From a virus (taxonomy: Duplodnaviria; Caudoviricetes), in IMG/VR virus record IMGVR_UViG_3300030098_005086, positions 1 to 56,539 of that record: a stretch of DNA of 56,539 nucleotides, one strand, 5' to 3'. Of this stretch, positions 8,091 to 16,208 are shown piece after piece. The first letter of the stretch is position 1, and every line of letters begins with the position of its first letter. The position numbers were made by a program, and so were the translations under genes. The notes beneath the pieces were generated by a model that searched no databases, had not been told where the DNA came from, and was given only the letters and a program-made list of their open reading frames with translations.

Positions 8091-8251
8091 TGTCAAAATT
8101 TTTTAACCCTATTTATATATATATTTTTACCTCCTATTATTTAAAATTATCTATGAGAATTTGAAGTATTTTTCGACATTTTCGACACTAGTTCTGATTA
8201 TCAGTAAGTTAGCTATCTAAAATCGACACTAAAATCGACACTAAAATGTCA
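8091..8251 (+). repeat. Iteron/origin-like element, copy A
   Basis: Inverted TGTCAAAA, AT-rich spacer, GACATTTTCGACACTA, CTGATTATCAG, then TAAAATCGACAC x2; colinear with 20452-20612. Confidence 0.75.
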
Positions 8252-8383
8252 ATTATTGACATTATCTTAATGATTTCTTAACATATACGTCATATTAGAG
8301 TATTATATTTACTATATGAAAATAGAAATCTCCAAATACCTTTACATTCTTATTATGATATTTATGTATATCTTTGCATTATA

Positions 8384-8554
8384 ATGCCTGTGAATAAAAA
8401 GATTATTAAAATATCTAAAGACCAATATGACAGCCTTGTCAAAGAGTATTCCTATATACTAGATTTATATATGTCAGACAATCAATATTACGTTATCGGA
8501 ACTATAGATGACCTTAAGTCAGCAGGAATAGATTTAGATTCCCCATATTATTAA
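8384..8554 (+). CDS. Small hypothetical protein (56 aa)
   Basis: Manual translation MPVNKKIIKISKDQYDSLVKEY...LDSPYY; TATCTTTG box at 8369-8376. Confidence 0.55.
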   Translation: MPVNKKIIKISKDQYDSLVKEYSYILDLYMSDNQYYVIGTIDDLKSAGIDLDSPYY

Positions 8555-8581
8555 AAAAGAAAAGGGAGCATATAGCTCCCT
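8553..8581 (-). terminator. Rho-independent terminator of the 10412-to-8611 unit
   Basis: AGGGAGC-atata-GCTCCCT hairpin followed by a U-rich tract on the minus strand. Confidence 0.7.
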
Positions 8582-8610
8582 AATCCAAATCAAACAAAGG
8601 GTGTGTTTTT

Positions 8611-9120
8611 TTAAATGCCACTAATGTTGCTCCAGGTAGCGCGTGCTTCATTTTTTCTTTGTAGTTCCTCGCCGTGATAAGGATTTGCATTATATCCTCT
8701 CATTGCATTTCCTCTATTTCGTCTCCTTTCATACATGTCCCAAGTAGTCCCAAACAATCCTCTTCTTCTTCCCCTAAGTCTATTACGAAACATTCCAAAA
8801 GGTCCTCCAAATCCTCCAAGTCTTGCCGCCCATCTTTCTTTTCTCGCGTCTGCTCTTGCTCTTGCCCTGTCATAGTGGGCACCTACAGCATCAGCTGTTC
8901 TCATTCTTCCTTTAGCCCCTTGAAATCTATTAGAGCCACTCGTTAAGCCTTGTTGTATGTTTTGACCTTCTCTGTTTCTTACAGGGAGAGTCGGTATTTG
9001 TTTCTCAGGTGGAGTTGTTACATTATTAGGCGTTGTAGGAGGATTGTATATAGGTCCTTGCCTAGGAGCTCTACCTTCATATATTAATGTGTTTTTCTGT
9101 TGTCTATTAGGTTTAGGCAT
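8611..9120 (-). CDS. Arg/Gly/Pro-rich disordered basic protein
   Basis: RARARADARKERW, LGGFGGPFGMF, RLRGRRRG. Confidence 0.65.
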   Translation of the reverse strand: MPKPNRQQKNTLIYEGRAPRQGPIYNPPTTPNNVTTPPEKQIPTLPVRNREGQNIQQGLTSGSNRFQGAKGRMRTADAVGAHYDRARARADARKERWAARLGGFGGPFGMFRNRLRGRRRGLFGTTWDMYERRRNRGNAMRGYNANPYHGEELQRKNEARATWSNISGI

Positions 9121-9122
9121 AA

Positions 9123-9347
9123 TTATTTCTTTATTTTGTTACCTGTAAAAAATTGTAAATCTACTGTAGCCATTACTCTAGCTTCTTTTTGTTGTTCTGC
9201 TAGCTCTATGCCTTCAGCGATATCTCTTATTGTTCGAGAGCTTTTTAATTCTCTCCTTAGTCTAGCGGCTTTAGATATTCCTGTTTCTGACTCAGGTCTA
9301 TTATTTACCATCTGACCATCTTTCATTGTTAATCCATCAAATCCCAT
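9123..9347 (-). CDS. Hypothetical phage protein
   Basis: GLTMKDGQMVNNRP..TGI..IAEGIELAE; packed in the operon. Confidence 0.7.
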   Translation of the reverse strand: MGFDGLTMKDGQMVNNRPESETGISKAARLRRELKSSRTIRDIAEGIELAEQQKEARVMATVDLQFFTGNKIKK

Positions 9348-9372
9348 GTTTTCTTTTTTTTAATAGTTATAC

Positions 9373-9639
9373 TTATATTTTTCTTCCTGCTCTGCTTTTA
9401 TTTTTAGCACGTTTTTTTAATTGCTTCATAGGCGCTTCTTTGTCCGCCGTAGCGATTAGTTTTCCCACATCATAAGCTAGGAGACCCCAACCTACTCCGG
9501 GAATAAATCTACTACCAACTTTAGAAGCTCCCCTCGTTATTAGTTTTCTTGCCGTAGCGTACTTTAATGCCTTGCTTGCTCCTTTGCCTATCCCTTTGAT
9601 AGCGGCCTTTTGTTTCATTTTTTCACCAAACTTTGACAT
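9373..9639 (-). CDS. Basic protein with a hydrophobic IPGVGWGLLAYD segment
   Basis: Lys/Gly/Ala rich with a central amphipathic segment. Confidence 0.65.
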   Translation of the reverse strand: MSKFGEKMKQKAAIKGIGKGASKALKYATARKLITRGASKVGSRFIPGVGWGLLAYDVGKLIATADKEAPMKQLKKRAKNKSRAGRKI

Positions 9640-9640
9640 A

Positions 9641-9847
9641 TTATTTCTTTGTTTTCATTTTTCTTAATCTTGCCGTAATAGGTACATATGACAATTCTCT
9701 CTTTTTTTCCAAATAGGATTGTCTTTTTACACGCTTACCCATTGGTTTAGCTCTTGGACCCGTTCTTCCTCTTAATCCCTTGCTTACTCCTCCTTTTCTA
9801 GCCCTTTGCTTCATTGATGCTTTTACACCGGTTTTTGATTTTCTCAT
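9641..9847 (-). CDS. Small Lys/Arg-rich protein
   Basis: MRKSKTGVKASMKQRARKGG...; 1-nt gaps to both neighbours. Confidence 0.65.
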   Translation of the reverse strand: MRKSKTGVKASMKQRARKGGVSKGLRGRTGPRAKPMGKRVKRQSYLEKKRELSYVPITARLRKMKTKK

Positions 9848-9848
9848 A

Positions 9849-10412
9849 TTACTTCTTTTTCTTTTTAGACTTCGTAGTTGTTGATTTCTTGGTTGCTGCT
9901 TTCCTAGCTGCCCAATACTTTGCTGTTGACGCTTTTACTGTATGGGGCTTAGCATACTTAGGCATAACCTTCCCCGTTTTAAGATTTATTATCTTACCTG
10001 TCTTAGCGTCTCTACCGTATTTAGCAGAACTACTTGTCTGTGCCTTATCTGTCTTTGCTTTACTTCTCTTCTTCTTCTTTTTCTTATCCGCATTTCTCCA
10101 CGGGTCATCCTTTTTAGCGTCGTAGTTAGGATTAGCTTTCGCTACCGCTTTATTATATGCTTTACGAGCATCCTTAATAGCCTTATCATATCTAGATTTC
10201 GCCGTGCTCTTTTTCTTAGACGTTTTTGTTTTTCTTCGCTTAGTAGCAGTCAGCCTTTCTGCACTCTTTAATGTTTTACGTGCAGCGCTCTTTTTTTTCT
10301 TATATGTTGAAGTGGTAATCTTTCCACTCTTTAATCTACGCGCAGCTCTATTTAGTTTTCTTGTCGCAACTTTCTTTTTAAGCTTAGAGCGTAGCTTTTT
10401 TAATATAGGCAT
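9849..10412 (-). CDS. Histone-H1-like Lys/Ala/Thr/Ser-rich protein (187 aa)
   Basis: Start reassigned to ATG 10412 (MPILKK) because a TATCTTTG box lies at 10437-10444; poly-Lys runs. Confidence 0.7.
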   Translation of the reverse strand: MPILKKLRSKLKKKVATRKLNRAARRLKSGKITTSTYKKKKSAARKTLKSAERLTATKRRKTKTSKKKSTAKSRYDKAIKDARKAYNKAVAKANPNYDAKKDDPWRNADKKKKKKRSKAKTDKAQTSSSAKYGRDAKTGKIINLKTGKVMPKYAKPHTVKASTAKYWAARKAATKKSTTTKSKKKKK

Positions 10413-10436
10413 TTTTAAACGGTTTAAGTTATTTAG

Positions 10437-10444
10437 CAAAGATA
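10437..10444 (-). promoter_or_regulatory. TAnnTTTG promoter box for the basic-protein unit
   Basis: CAAAGATA on + equals TATCTTTG on -. Confidence 0.65.
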
Positions 10445-10613
10445 CAAAAATATATGAGATGTATAGAGTGTTTGGGTTACATGCTCAATTAAACGAAATG
10501 TATCATAAAAAAAAACTGATATTTTTTTTGGGGGTGGGGGTTGATTTTGTTTTGTGATGTGTCAATTTTTTGGCGTTTTGTCTTGAGGTGGTACGCCCTG
10601 CTCCCTGCTCCGC

Positions 10614-10631
10614 GTGTCTTTAAGGACACAC
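10614..10631. repeat. Near-palindromic 18-mer GTGTCTTTAAGGACACAC, copy 1
   Basis: Identical copy at 12841-12858. Confidence 0.85.
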
Positions 10632-10927
10632 CGCCCCGCCTTCCCCCTGTTAGTCCTTCCCTCGTTGCCCCTTCCCTCGTTCCCACGTTTACAGGGATAG
10701 AGAAAGTGGGTTGTATCTCCCCCAAACGTTCACCGGATAAACATTTCAAAGGGAAAATCTAGAGCTTTAAATCGTTAATTAACAGATATATAAACACAAT
10801 TTGTCTATAAAATGTCACAAAATAGAATAAAAAGTGTCCAAAACATTAGATTTAATCGAGAAATAGACTTATATTGTACTATTATTAATCAGATATGTTA
10901 ACGCATATCACAAAAAAAGTAAAAATC

Positions 10928-11017
10928 ATGAATACAATTCAAATAATAGTGCTAGGAATTCAATTAATCGGATTACTCTTTACGGCTTATGCTCTAAAGT
11001 ACGGCAAAAAGTATTAA
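10928..11017 (+). CDS. 29-aa single-pass membrane microprotein
   Basis: MNTIQIIVLGIQLIGLLFTAYALKYGKKY, with an A-rich leader. Confidence 0.55.
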   Translation: MNTIQIIVLGIQLIGLLFTAYALKYGKKY

Positions 11018-11047
11018 ATCAAATTATTAACTAAAAATTTATTAAAA

Positions 11048-11647
11048 ATGAGAAATTTATTAGAAATCGAAGTGCAAACTCTAAGAGAGAATGAAGCGCT
11101 TCAAAGCGGTTTACAAACTGCACAAATTGAGTCATTTCAAAACGAAATTTATACGAGTGGAATGAGCAAATTTGAATCGAGTGTTAGTATGTCAAAAGTA
11201 GTGGCAAAATCTTTCGAGTTCTTTAAAGAGAGCGGAAAAGGTTTGCTTGAAGAAAATGGCATTTATTGGGGTGTTGATGAGTTCGCACAAAAGATGTTCG
11301 GGTGGAAAAGGTCGTACCTCTATAAAATGGTAAAACTTTCAAAGGTTCACACCTCAAGGATAAAGAAGTTCAAAAGGGACTGCCAAGACCTAAGAGAATC
11401 GGGCGAAGTGGTGGCCGTATCGGTTGAAAATTGTTTAAAAACCATTCGCGAAAGTGTACAAAGCGGACAAGATGAAACACCACAAACGCGACCGCAAATA
11501 GTGTTAAGTATCAAAATGGATAATGCGACTTTTAAGATGTACGACAACAACGAAACCAAATGCTCAATGAGTGTGGAGCAGTTGCGAAACGTTAGGGGAC
11601 TTTTGAACGATTTTATCGAGGAATGCGAGGTTAACTTATCAGAATAA
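11048..11647 (+). CDS. Early hypothetical protein with possible HTH
   Basis: EFAQKMFGWKRSYLYKMVKL looks HTH-like. Confidence 0.65.
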   Translation: MRNLLEIEVQTLRENEALQSGLQTAQIESFQNEIYTSGMSKFESSVSMSKVVAKSFEFFKESGKGLLEENGIYWGVDEFAQKMFGWKRSYLYKMVKLSKVHTSRIKKFKRDCQDLRESGEVVAVSVENCLKTIRESVQSGQDETPQTRPQIVLSIKMDNATFKMYDNNETKCSMSVEQLRNVRGLLNDFIEECEVNLSE

Positions 11648-11666
11648 TAATTAAAATTTAATAGAT

Positions 11667-12785
11667 ATGGAAAATCGAAATACAGGTGTAATTTACACCA
11701 CAACAGGCGAAAGTCGGAGAAGTCGGATTCAAAATTACCATGCTACTCAAGGTTGGGAATTATGGAAGAATAAAACGAAATGGAAATCAGATTTACGAGG
11801 TATGACACCGAGCGAAATTTGTGACACCGTTTTTAAGCGACCACACAATGAGGGTTATGAATCAAGGTTCAGAATCGGTTTTGAAGTGGAAAAGAGCTAT
11901 TTTTACTATGACGGACAAGGAAGTGCGGAAACCACACATGACCGATTAAATCAAGAATATGAGTTGTTTAGAGGGTTTGAAACTGACAGCTCATGCGGTG
12001 TTGAAGCAATCACACACATATTGCCGTTAGTACCCAAAGGCATATGGAGAACGAAAGTATTCGACATGATGTATAAAGCAAGACATATTTTAGATGATTC
12101 TTTGAGTCCTAGCAATGGAAAATGCGGGGGGCATATTTGCCTATCGGTTGAGGGCATGGAATCGAGGGAATTGTTTAAAGCGGTTCGTAAATTTAGTGGA
12201 ATTGTAATGTCATTATATCGCATGAGGTTGTACAGGACAAGAGGTCAGAATTATTGTTCCAATAATATGACCATGAGAACCACAAGGGGGACAGGTTGGA
12301 CAAATGCGGGGTATATGGACTCAGTATGTTTTAATGATAGGCCAAGTCATACAAAATACTCATTCTGTAAGCTATCAGATAAATTTATCGAGTTTAGAGT
12401 TCCCCCGAGGGTAACCTCAGTTGAATGTTTACGACTGCGCTATGAGTTATTTTATGAGGTTATGCGGTGGGCGGTTAAGCACAAAGACACGGATTCAGGG
12501 GGAGCGCTCCAAGTTGGCGCGGGTGTTTATACCAAATTCATTAGAGCGGTTAGACCTATCATTCTAAAGATGTGCAATGGCGACCAAATCAAAGCCGACA
12601 CCATCTGCCGAGAATCGCGACATTTTCAAAGGTTCATCGATACTGATGGGGTAAAGGTGGCGCAAGTGGTCAAGGACTTTGTATTGAACACCGAGACCGT
12701 GAACCGCAGAAATAGAATTGAAGGGGGTTCGAGTCATGGTAGTAATGCACGGCGCGACCTATGGAAACGCGGAGAGTGGGTGTAA
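11667..12785 (+). CDS. Putative COOH-NH2 ligase (Amidoligase_2-like)
   Basis: IGFEVEK, ETDSSCGVEAIT, CGGHI, KYS, IEFR motifs; next to a GATase-GGCT gene. Confidence 0.8.
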   Translation: MENRNTGVIYTTTGESRRSRIQNYHATQGWELWKNKTKWKSDLRGMTPSEICDTVFKRPHNEGYESRFRIGFEVEKSYFYYDGQGSAETTHDRLNQEYELFRGFETDSSCGVEAITHILPLVPKGIWRTKVFDMMYKARHILDDSLSPSNGKCGGHICLSVEGMESRELFKAVRKFSGIVMSLYRMRLYRTRGQNYCSNNMTMRTTRGTGWTNAGYMDSVCFNDRPSHTKYSFCKLSDKFIEFRVPPRVTSVECLRLRYELFYEVMRWAVKHKDTDSGGALQVGAGVYTKFIRAVRPIILKMCNGDQIKADTICRESRHFQRFIDTDGVKVAQVVKDFVLNTETVNRRNRIEGGSSHGSNARRDLWKRGEWV

Positions 12786-12804
12786 TTCCCACACCGACCG
12801 CGTG

Positions 12805-12834
12805 AAAAGGGGGGGCATTTTGCCCCCTTTTTTT
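12805..12834 (+). terminator. Rho-independent terminator
   Basis: AAAAGGGGGGGC-atttt-GCCCCCTTTTTTT. Confidence 0.75.
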
Positions 12835-12840
12835 GTTTTT

Positions 12841-12858
12841 GTGTCTTTAAGGACACAC
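12841..12858. repeat. Near-palindromic 18-mer, copy 2
   Basis: Identical to 10614-10631. Confidence 0.85.
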
Positions 12859-13340
12859 ATTTTTAGTCAGTTTTTTATGTTTCTATTAAAATTATCAGTC
12901 AGTTTTTTGTGTTTCTACTAATCTAAATACAGATTTTGGACTAAAATTTTAGTCGGTCTTCAGGCGAATAAGTGCCACGTACATCTGTTAAGTGGGCGAA
13001 GTTGTCCCGACCGCAAAGCGGAGCGCGGGAAAGAGTGGGCGGGAAGCGGGAAGCGTACGTGCTTCGCGGAAGCACGGAAAGTGCCTGTAAAAAAAATATG
13101 CGCATAAATTTTGGTGGTTCAATTTATATATTATATATTCGTGGCAGATTTCTTTTCATATCTACAAGTGGAATTGCAATTGAAAGTGTCAGGGGGTACA
13201 AACGACACAGACAACCGCAGTTCCACTTTTCTTTTGTCCCTCTTTTATTTGGTGTTGTCTAAATTTTGTCGTATATTAGTGCATTATTAATCGAGTTCTG
13301 AACATACAAATTAAATGTTCTACTCATAAAACAAAGGAAG

Positions 13341-14432
13341 ATGTGTATTATAATTGTAAAACAAAAGGGAAAGAAAGTAAGCCCTCAAGTTTTAAAAACC
13401 TCAAGTAAAATAAATCCGCACAATTTAGGTGTGGTATGGTTAGATACATTTGAAGTGTCTTATCATAAATCTAAAGAGTGGAAAGTGTTAAATACTGACC
13501 GCCCTTATATTGCTCACTTTAGATATGCAACAATCGGACAAGTGAACAAAGCAAACACCCACCCCTTTGAGTGTGGCAATAACAAGAACGAGTTGCTAAT
13601 GATGAACGGAACAATCCGCGGAAAAGGAAATATCCACGAGTGCGACACTAAAGTTCTAGCCAAAGAGTTAGGCGGTGTATCGCGCCACGTATGGAAAAGC
13701 GAGTTAGAGAAGTATGATTGTCGTTTTGTTTCTATTAATAAAAAGCATAGAACGTTCCAAATATATAATAAAGAGTTGTGGACACAAAAAGAGGGGGTGT
13801 GGTACTCGAAAGACAACGTGCTACAAGATAATCTTATTGCCGTATATGGTACGTTAAAAAAAGGATATTCAAATTACCACCGATATCTAAACAAATCTAA
13901 ATATATAGGAAGTGGAAACACTACGGACAAGTACCCGTTGATAATAGAGGGATTGCCTTATATGGTAAACCAAAAAGGGAAAGGACACAATGTTAATGTT
14001 GATGTCTTTAAAATTTCCAATCCCACCCTTGAACGTGTGGATATGTTGGAAGGACACCCGCAATGGTACAAGCGAGTACAAGTTCCCGTTACATTAAAGA
14101 GCGGGAAGGTTTTAAAGTGTTGGATATATTTCAACCCCAAAAAGATAGGGGCAAACACAACCCTACACAAAACGTATTCACAAAGCACATCAGTATATGG
14201 TAGAATTAAATCCTACACCCCTAAAATGTTTGATTGGTCAAGCATTACCCCTATTGATGAAATAGAGATAAATAGAGATGATGAGTTGTTGCGATTCGAT
14301 GAGTCGTTTAGTGACACCCCGTATTGTCCCGATTGCTTAAATGATTTAGAGTTCGATAGCTTTAATAGTTATCATTGTTATGGGTGTGGTCAATGGTTTA
14401 GTGAAACAGAAGTATTAACTAATAATTTTTAA
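13341..14432 (+). CDS. Class II glutamine amidotransferase fused to gamma-glutamylcyclotransferase (AIG2-like) and a C-terminal Zn ribbon
   Basis: N-terminal MCIII, HFRYATIG, HPF, MNG; then VYGTLKKG, D-LEGHP-WYKR; ends CPDC...CYGC. Confidence 0.88.
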   Translation: MCIIIVKQKGKKVSPQVLKTSSKINPHNLGVVWLDTFEVSYHKSKEWKVLNTDRPYIAHFRYATIGQVNKANTHPFECGNNKNELLMMNGTIRGKGNIHECDTKVLAKELGGVSRHVWKSELEKYDCRFVSINKKHRTFQIYNKELWTQKEGVWYSKDNVLQDNLIAVYGTLKKGYSNYHRYLNKSKYIGSGNTTDKYPLIIEGLPYMVNQKGKGHNVNVDVFKISNPTLERVDMLEGHPQWYKRVQVPVTLKSGKVLKCWIYFNPKKIGANTTLHKTYSQSTSVYGRIKSYTPKMFDWSSITPIDEIEINRDDELLRFDESFSDTPYCPDCLNDLEFDSFNSYHCYGCGQWFSETEVLTNNF

Positions 14433-14433
14433 A

Positions 14434-14601
14434 ATGAAGTATAAAAGAAAAATGTATGAGAGCAACCCGAACATTGTTAGTCGTGTACAATCGTTACTAT
14501 TAGTTTTACATAATTGCCAAGTGTATAGTTGTCCCAAAGAAACAACCCAAAAAATACGGGAAGAATTATCGATGTGGGTAGATTTAGAGAGCAATGAATA
14601 G
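14434..14601 (+). CDS. Small hypothetical protein (55 aa)
   Basis: Manual translation MKYKRKMYESNPNIVSRVQ...LESNE. Confidence 0.55.
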   Translation: MKYKRKMYESNPNIVSRVQSLLLVLHNCQVYSCPKETTQKIREELSMWVDLESNE

Positions 14602-14737
14602 TTTATGGTTAGAACATATGATTAGGCACAACCACCCATGCGGGGAAGTTGTGTCTAATTGTTGTTGTGAAAAAGTAATCCCCGAAACAGATATTTGCGG
14701 GAAATGTAAAGAACATTGTAAACCTATATATATATAG
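14594..14737 (+). CDS. Small Cys-rich (Zn-binding) protein (47 aa)
   Basis: SNCCCEKVIPETDICGKCKEHC. Confidence 0.6.
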   Translation: MNSLWLEHMIRHNHPCGEVVSNCCCEKVIPETDICGKCKEHCKPIYI

Positions 14738-14739
14738 AT

Positions 14740-15171
14740 ATGAAAAATTTTAATACAAGCATTAACAATCGTAGAGTGTGTAAGTGTTGCAACAATACTA
14801 AAGACATTGAGAAGTTCGCGAGTGCGGGAATAGTAAAGGGAATCAAATACTATCGCAGTTCGTGTAAAGATTGTTATTATATACAGAAACAAGAGGAATT
14901 AAAAAAATCCATAGACACTTTTAAAAAGTGGAAAACTAAACAGAAGTGCAGTAGATGTGGATATTCTAAAAAAAATAACTTTGAGTTCGTAGTGGAGCAT
15001 TTGCAGTTCCACCACCCAAAGAAAAACAAGTTGTTTAACATAGCGGATATGGTGCGGAGCGGATTTAGATTTAAAGGTAAGCGACTACAAGAAGAATTAA
15101 AAAAGTGTGATATTTTGTGTGGTAGATGTCACGACTTTATTCATTATACCACGAAAAGACATTTAAAATAA
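14740..15171 (+). CDS. HNH-type endonuclease with Zn-binding motifs
   Basis: CKCC..CKDC, CSRCG, LQFHH, CDILCGRCH. Confidence 0.75.
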   Translation: MKNFNTSINNRRVCKCCNNTKDIEKFASAGIVKGIKYYRSSCKDCYYIQKQEELKKSIDTFKKWKTKQKCSRCGYSKKNNFEFVVEHLQFHHPKKNKLFNIADMVRSGFRFKGKRLQEELKKCDILCGRCHDFIHYTTKRHLK

Positions 15172-15178
15172 TACTATT

Positions 15179-15427
15179 ATGACAAATTTAAAAAAAGACA
15201 TTAGGCGGTCTCTAAAACACCTACGAAAAATAAGCGCGGAAAGATTTAAGTTGTTGGTAATTATCTTTGTAACCCTTGGCGCATTAGCGGGGGGCGGATA
15301 TGGTTTATATTATTCTCTTATGAATGGTGTGAGTATGATACTCATATTTTTAGTAAGTGTAGTGTGGATTTGGTTCGGGATAGGTATGTTAGATATGTTT
15401 AGAGACATGGTTAAATTTAATAAATAA
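15179..15427 (+). CDS. Two-TM membrane protein
   Basis: Two long hydrophobic stretches after a basic N-terminus. Confidence 0.65.
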   Translation: MTNLKKDIRRSLKHLRKISAERFKLLVIIFVTLGALAGGGYGLYYSLMNGVSMILIFLVSVVWIWFGIGMLDMFRDMVKFNK

Positions 15428-15431
15428 AAAC

Positions 15432-15590
15432 ATGAAGAAGTTTATTATCATAGCCATAGGAATTATTGGATTTAGTTCTTGTGGCACACAAAAGTGTGGA
15501 ATGAGTGGCAAGTGGCGATTCAGTTCAATCGATGTTGAATATAACGAGCAAGTGGAAGTGTGTTCAATTAACGATTACAAAAATGAGTAG
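15432..15590 (+). CDS. Small lipoprotein (52 aa)
   Basis: MKKFIIIAIGIIGFSS-CGTQK lipobox; manual translation. Confidence 0.65.
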   Translation: MKKFIIIAIGIIGFSSCGTQKCGMSGKWRFSSIDVEYNEQVEVCSINDYKNE

Positions 15591-15708
15591 TGAAATACAA
15601 AACCTTAAGTCCGAATTAGAATGGTATCGGACATATAGTTCATTTATAAATACTAACTTTCCGAATGTGTGCGCCGAAGCAAGTGCGTACGCAGACGGGG
15701 ATAAATAA
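15583..15708 (+). CDS. Small hypothetical protein
   Basis: ATG start MSSEIQNLKSELEWYRTY overlaps the lipoprotein end. Confidence 0.55.
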   Translation: MSSEIQNLKSELEWYRTYSSFINTNFPNVCAEASAYADGDK

Positions 15709-15715
15709 TAAAATT

Positions 15716-15907
15716 ATGGAAAAGAAAATGAACAAATTAGAAAGGTACTGCTTTGATTTAGCAGTAGAGATAATAGGGAGCGACTTAAATGATATTAATA
15801 GGGTGGCAAGTATATTATATGATGAATTTACAAAAGATAGGGTCATAAGGCAAAGATTAAAAAACACTTTAACTCTTGAGGGTATAAATAATTATAGAAA
15901 CAAATAA
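15716..15907 (+). CDS. Small hypothetical protein
   Basis: MEKKMNKLERYCFD... after an AT-rich leader. Confidence 0.55.
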   Translation: MEKKMNKLERYCFDLAVEIIGSDLNDINRVASILYDEFTKDRVIRQRLKNTLTLEGINNYRNK

Positions 15908-15912
15908 ATAAA

Positions 15913-16047
15913 ATGGAAAAAGAAGATATAAAAAACGAAATAGAAAACTTTATAATATATCATTGTGGAAGTAATGACGGTGAATTAACCTATCTATTAA
16001 CCTGTTTAGACGCATATATTGATAATGACCATATAATAAACGAATAA
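15913..16047 (+). CDS. Small acidic protein (44 aa)
   Basis: Manual translation MEKEDIKNEIENFIIYHCG... Confidence 0.5.
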   Translation: MEKEDIKNEIENFIIYHCGSNDGELTYLLTCLDAYIDNDHIINE

Positions 16048-16069
16048 AAAAAATTAAATAAATAAAGTT

Positions 16070-16204
16070 ATGGATAAAGATATATTAGAAAGATTAATAA
16101 TTCTTTTAGATGATATAGAAGAAGCAACAGATATAAGTGGTATGATAAACTCAAAAGATTTATTATTTGAAATAAAAAATAAGTATAACGAATTAAATAA
16201 ATAA
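16070..16204 (+). CDS. Small acidic protein (44 aa)
   Basis: Manual translation MDKDILERLIILLDDIEE... Confidence 0.5.
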   Translation: MDKDILERLIILLDDIEEATDISGMINSKDLLFEIKNKYNELNK

Positions 16205-16208
16205 AATT

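Noticed and set aside
8175-8251. Short repeats considered as a mini-CRISPR array
   Set aside because: Units are 12 nt with no unique spacers and no cas genes; they fit iterons better.
10489-10762. Overlapping ORFs on both strands in the strand-switch region
   Set aside because: Atypical GC-rich low-complexity composition and weak starts; likely non-coding.
12972-13262. 96-aa GTG-start ORF
   Set aside because: Spans hairpins and repeats, lacks an A-rich leader and has no recognisable motif.
14740-15171. HNH gene as part of an intron or mobile element
   Set aside because: It is free-standing between intact small ORFs with no interrupted host gene evident.
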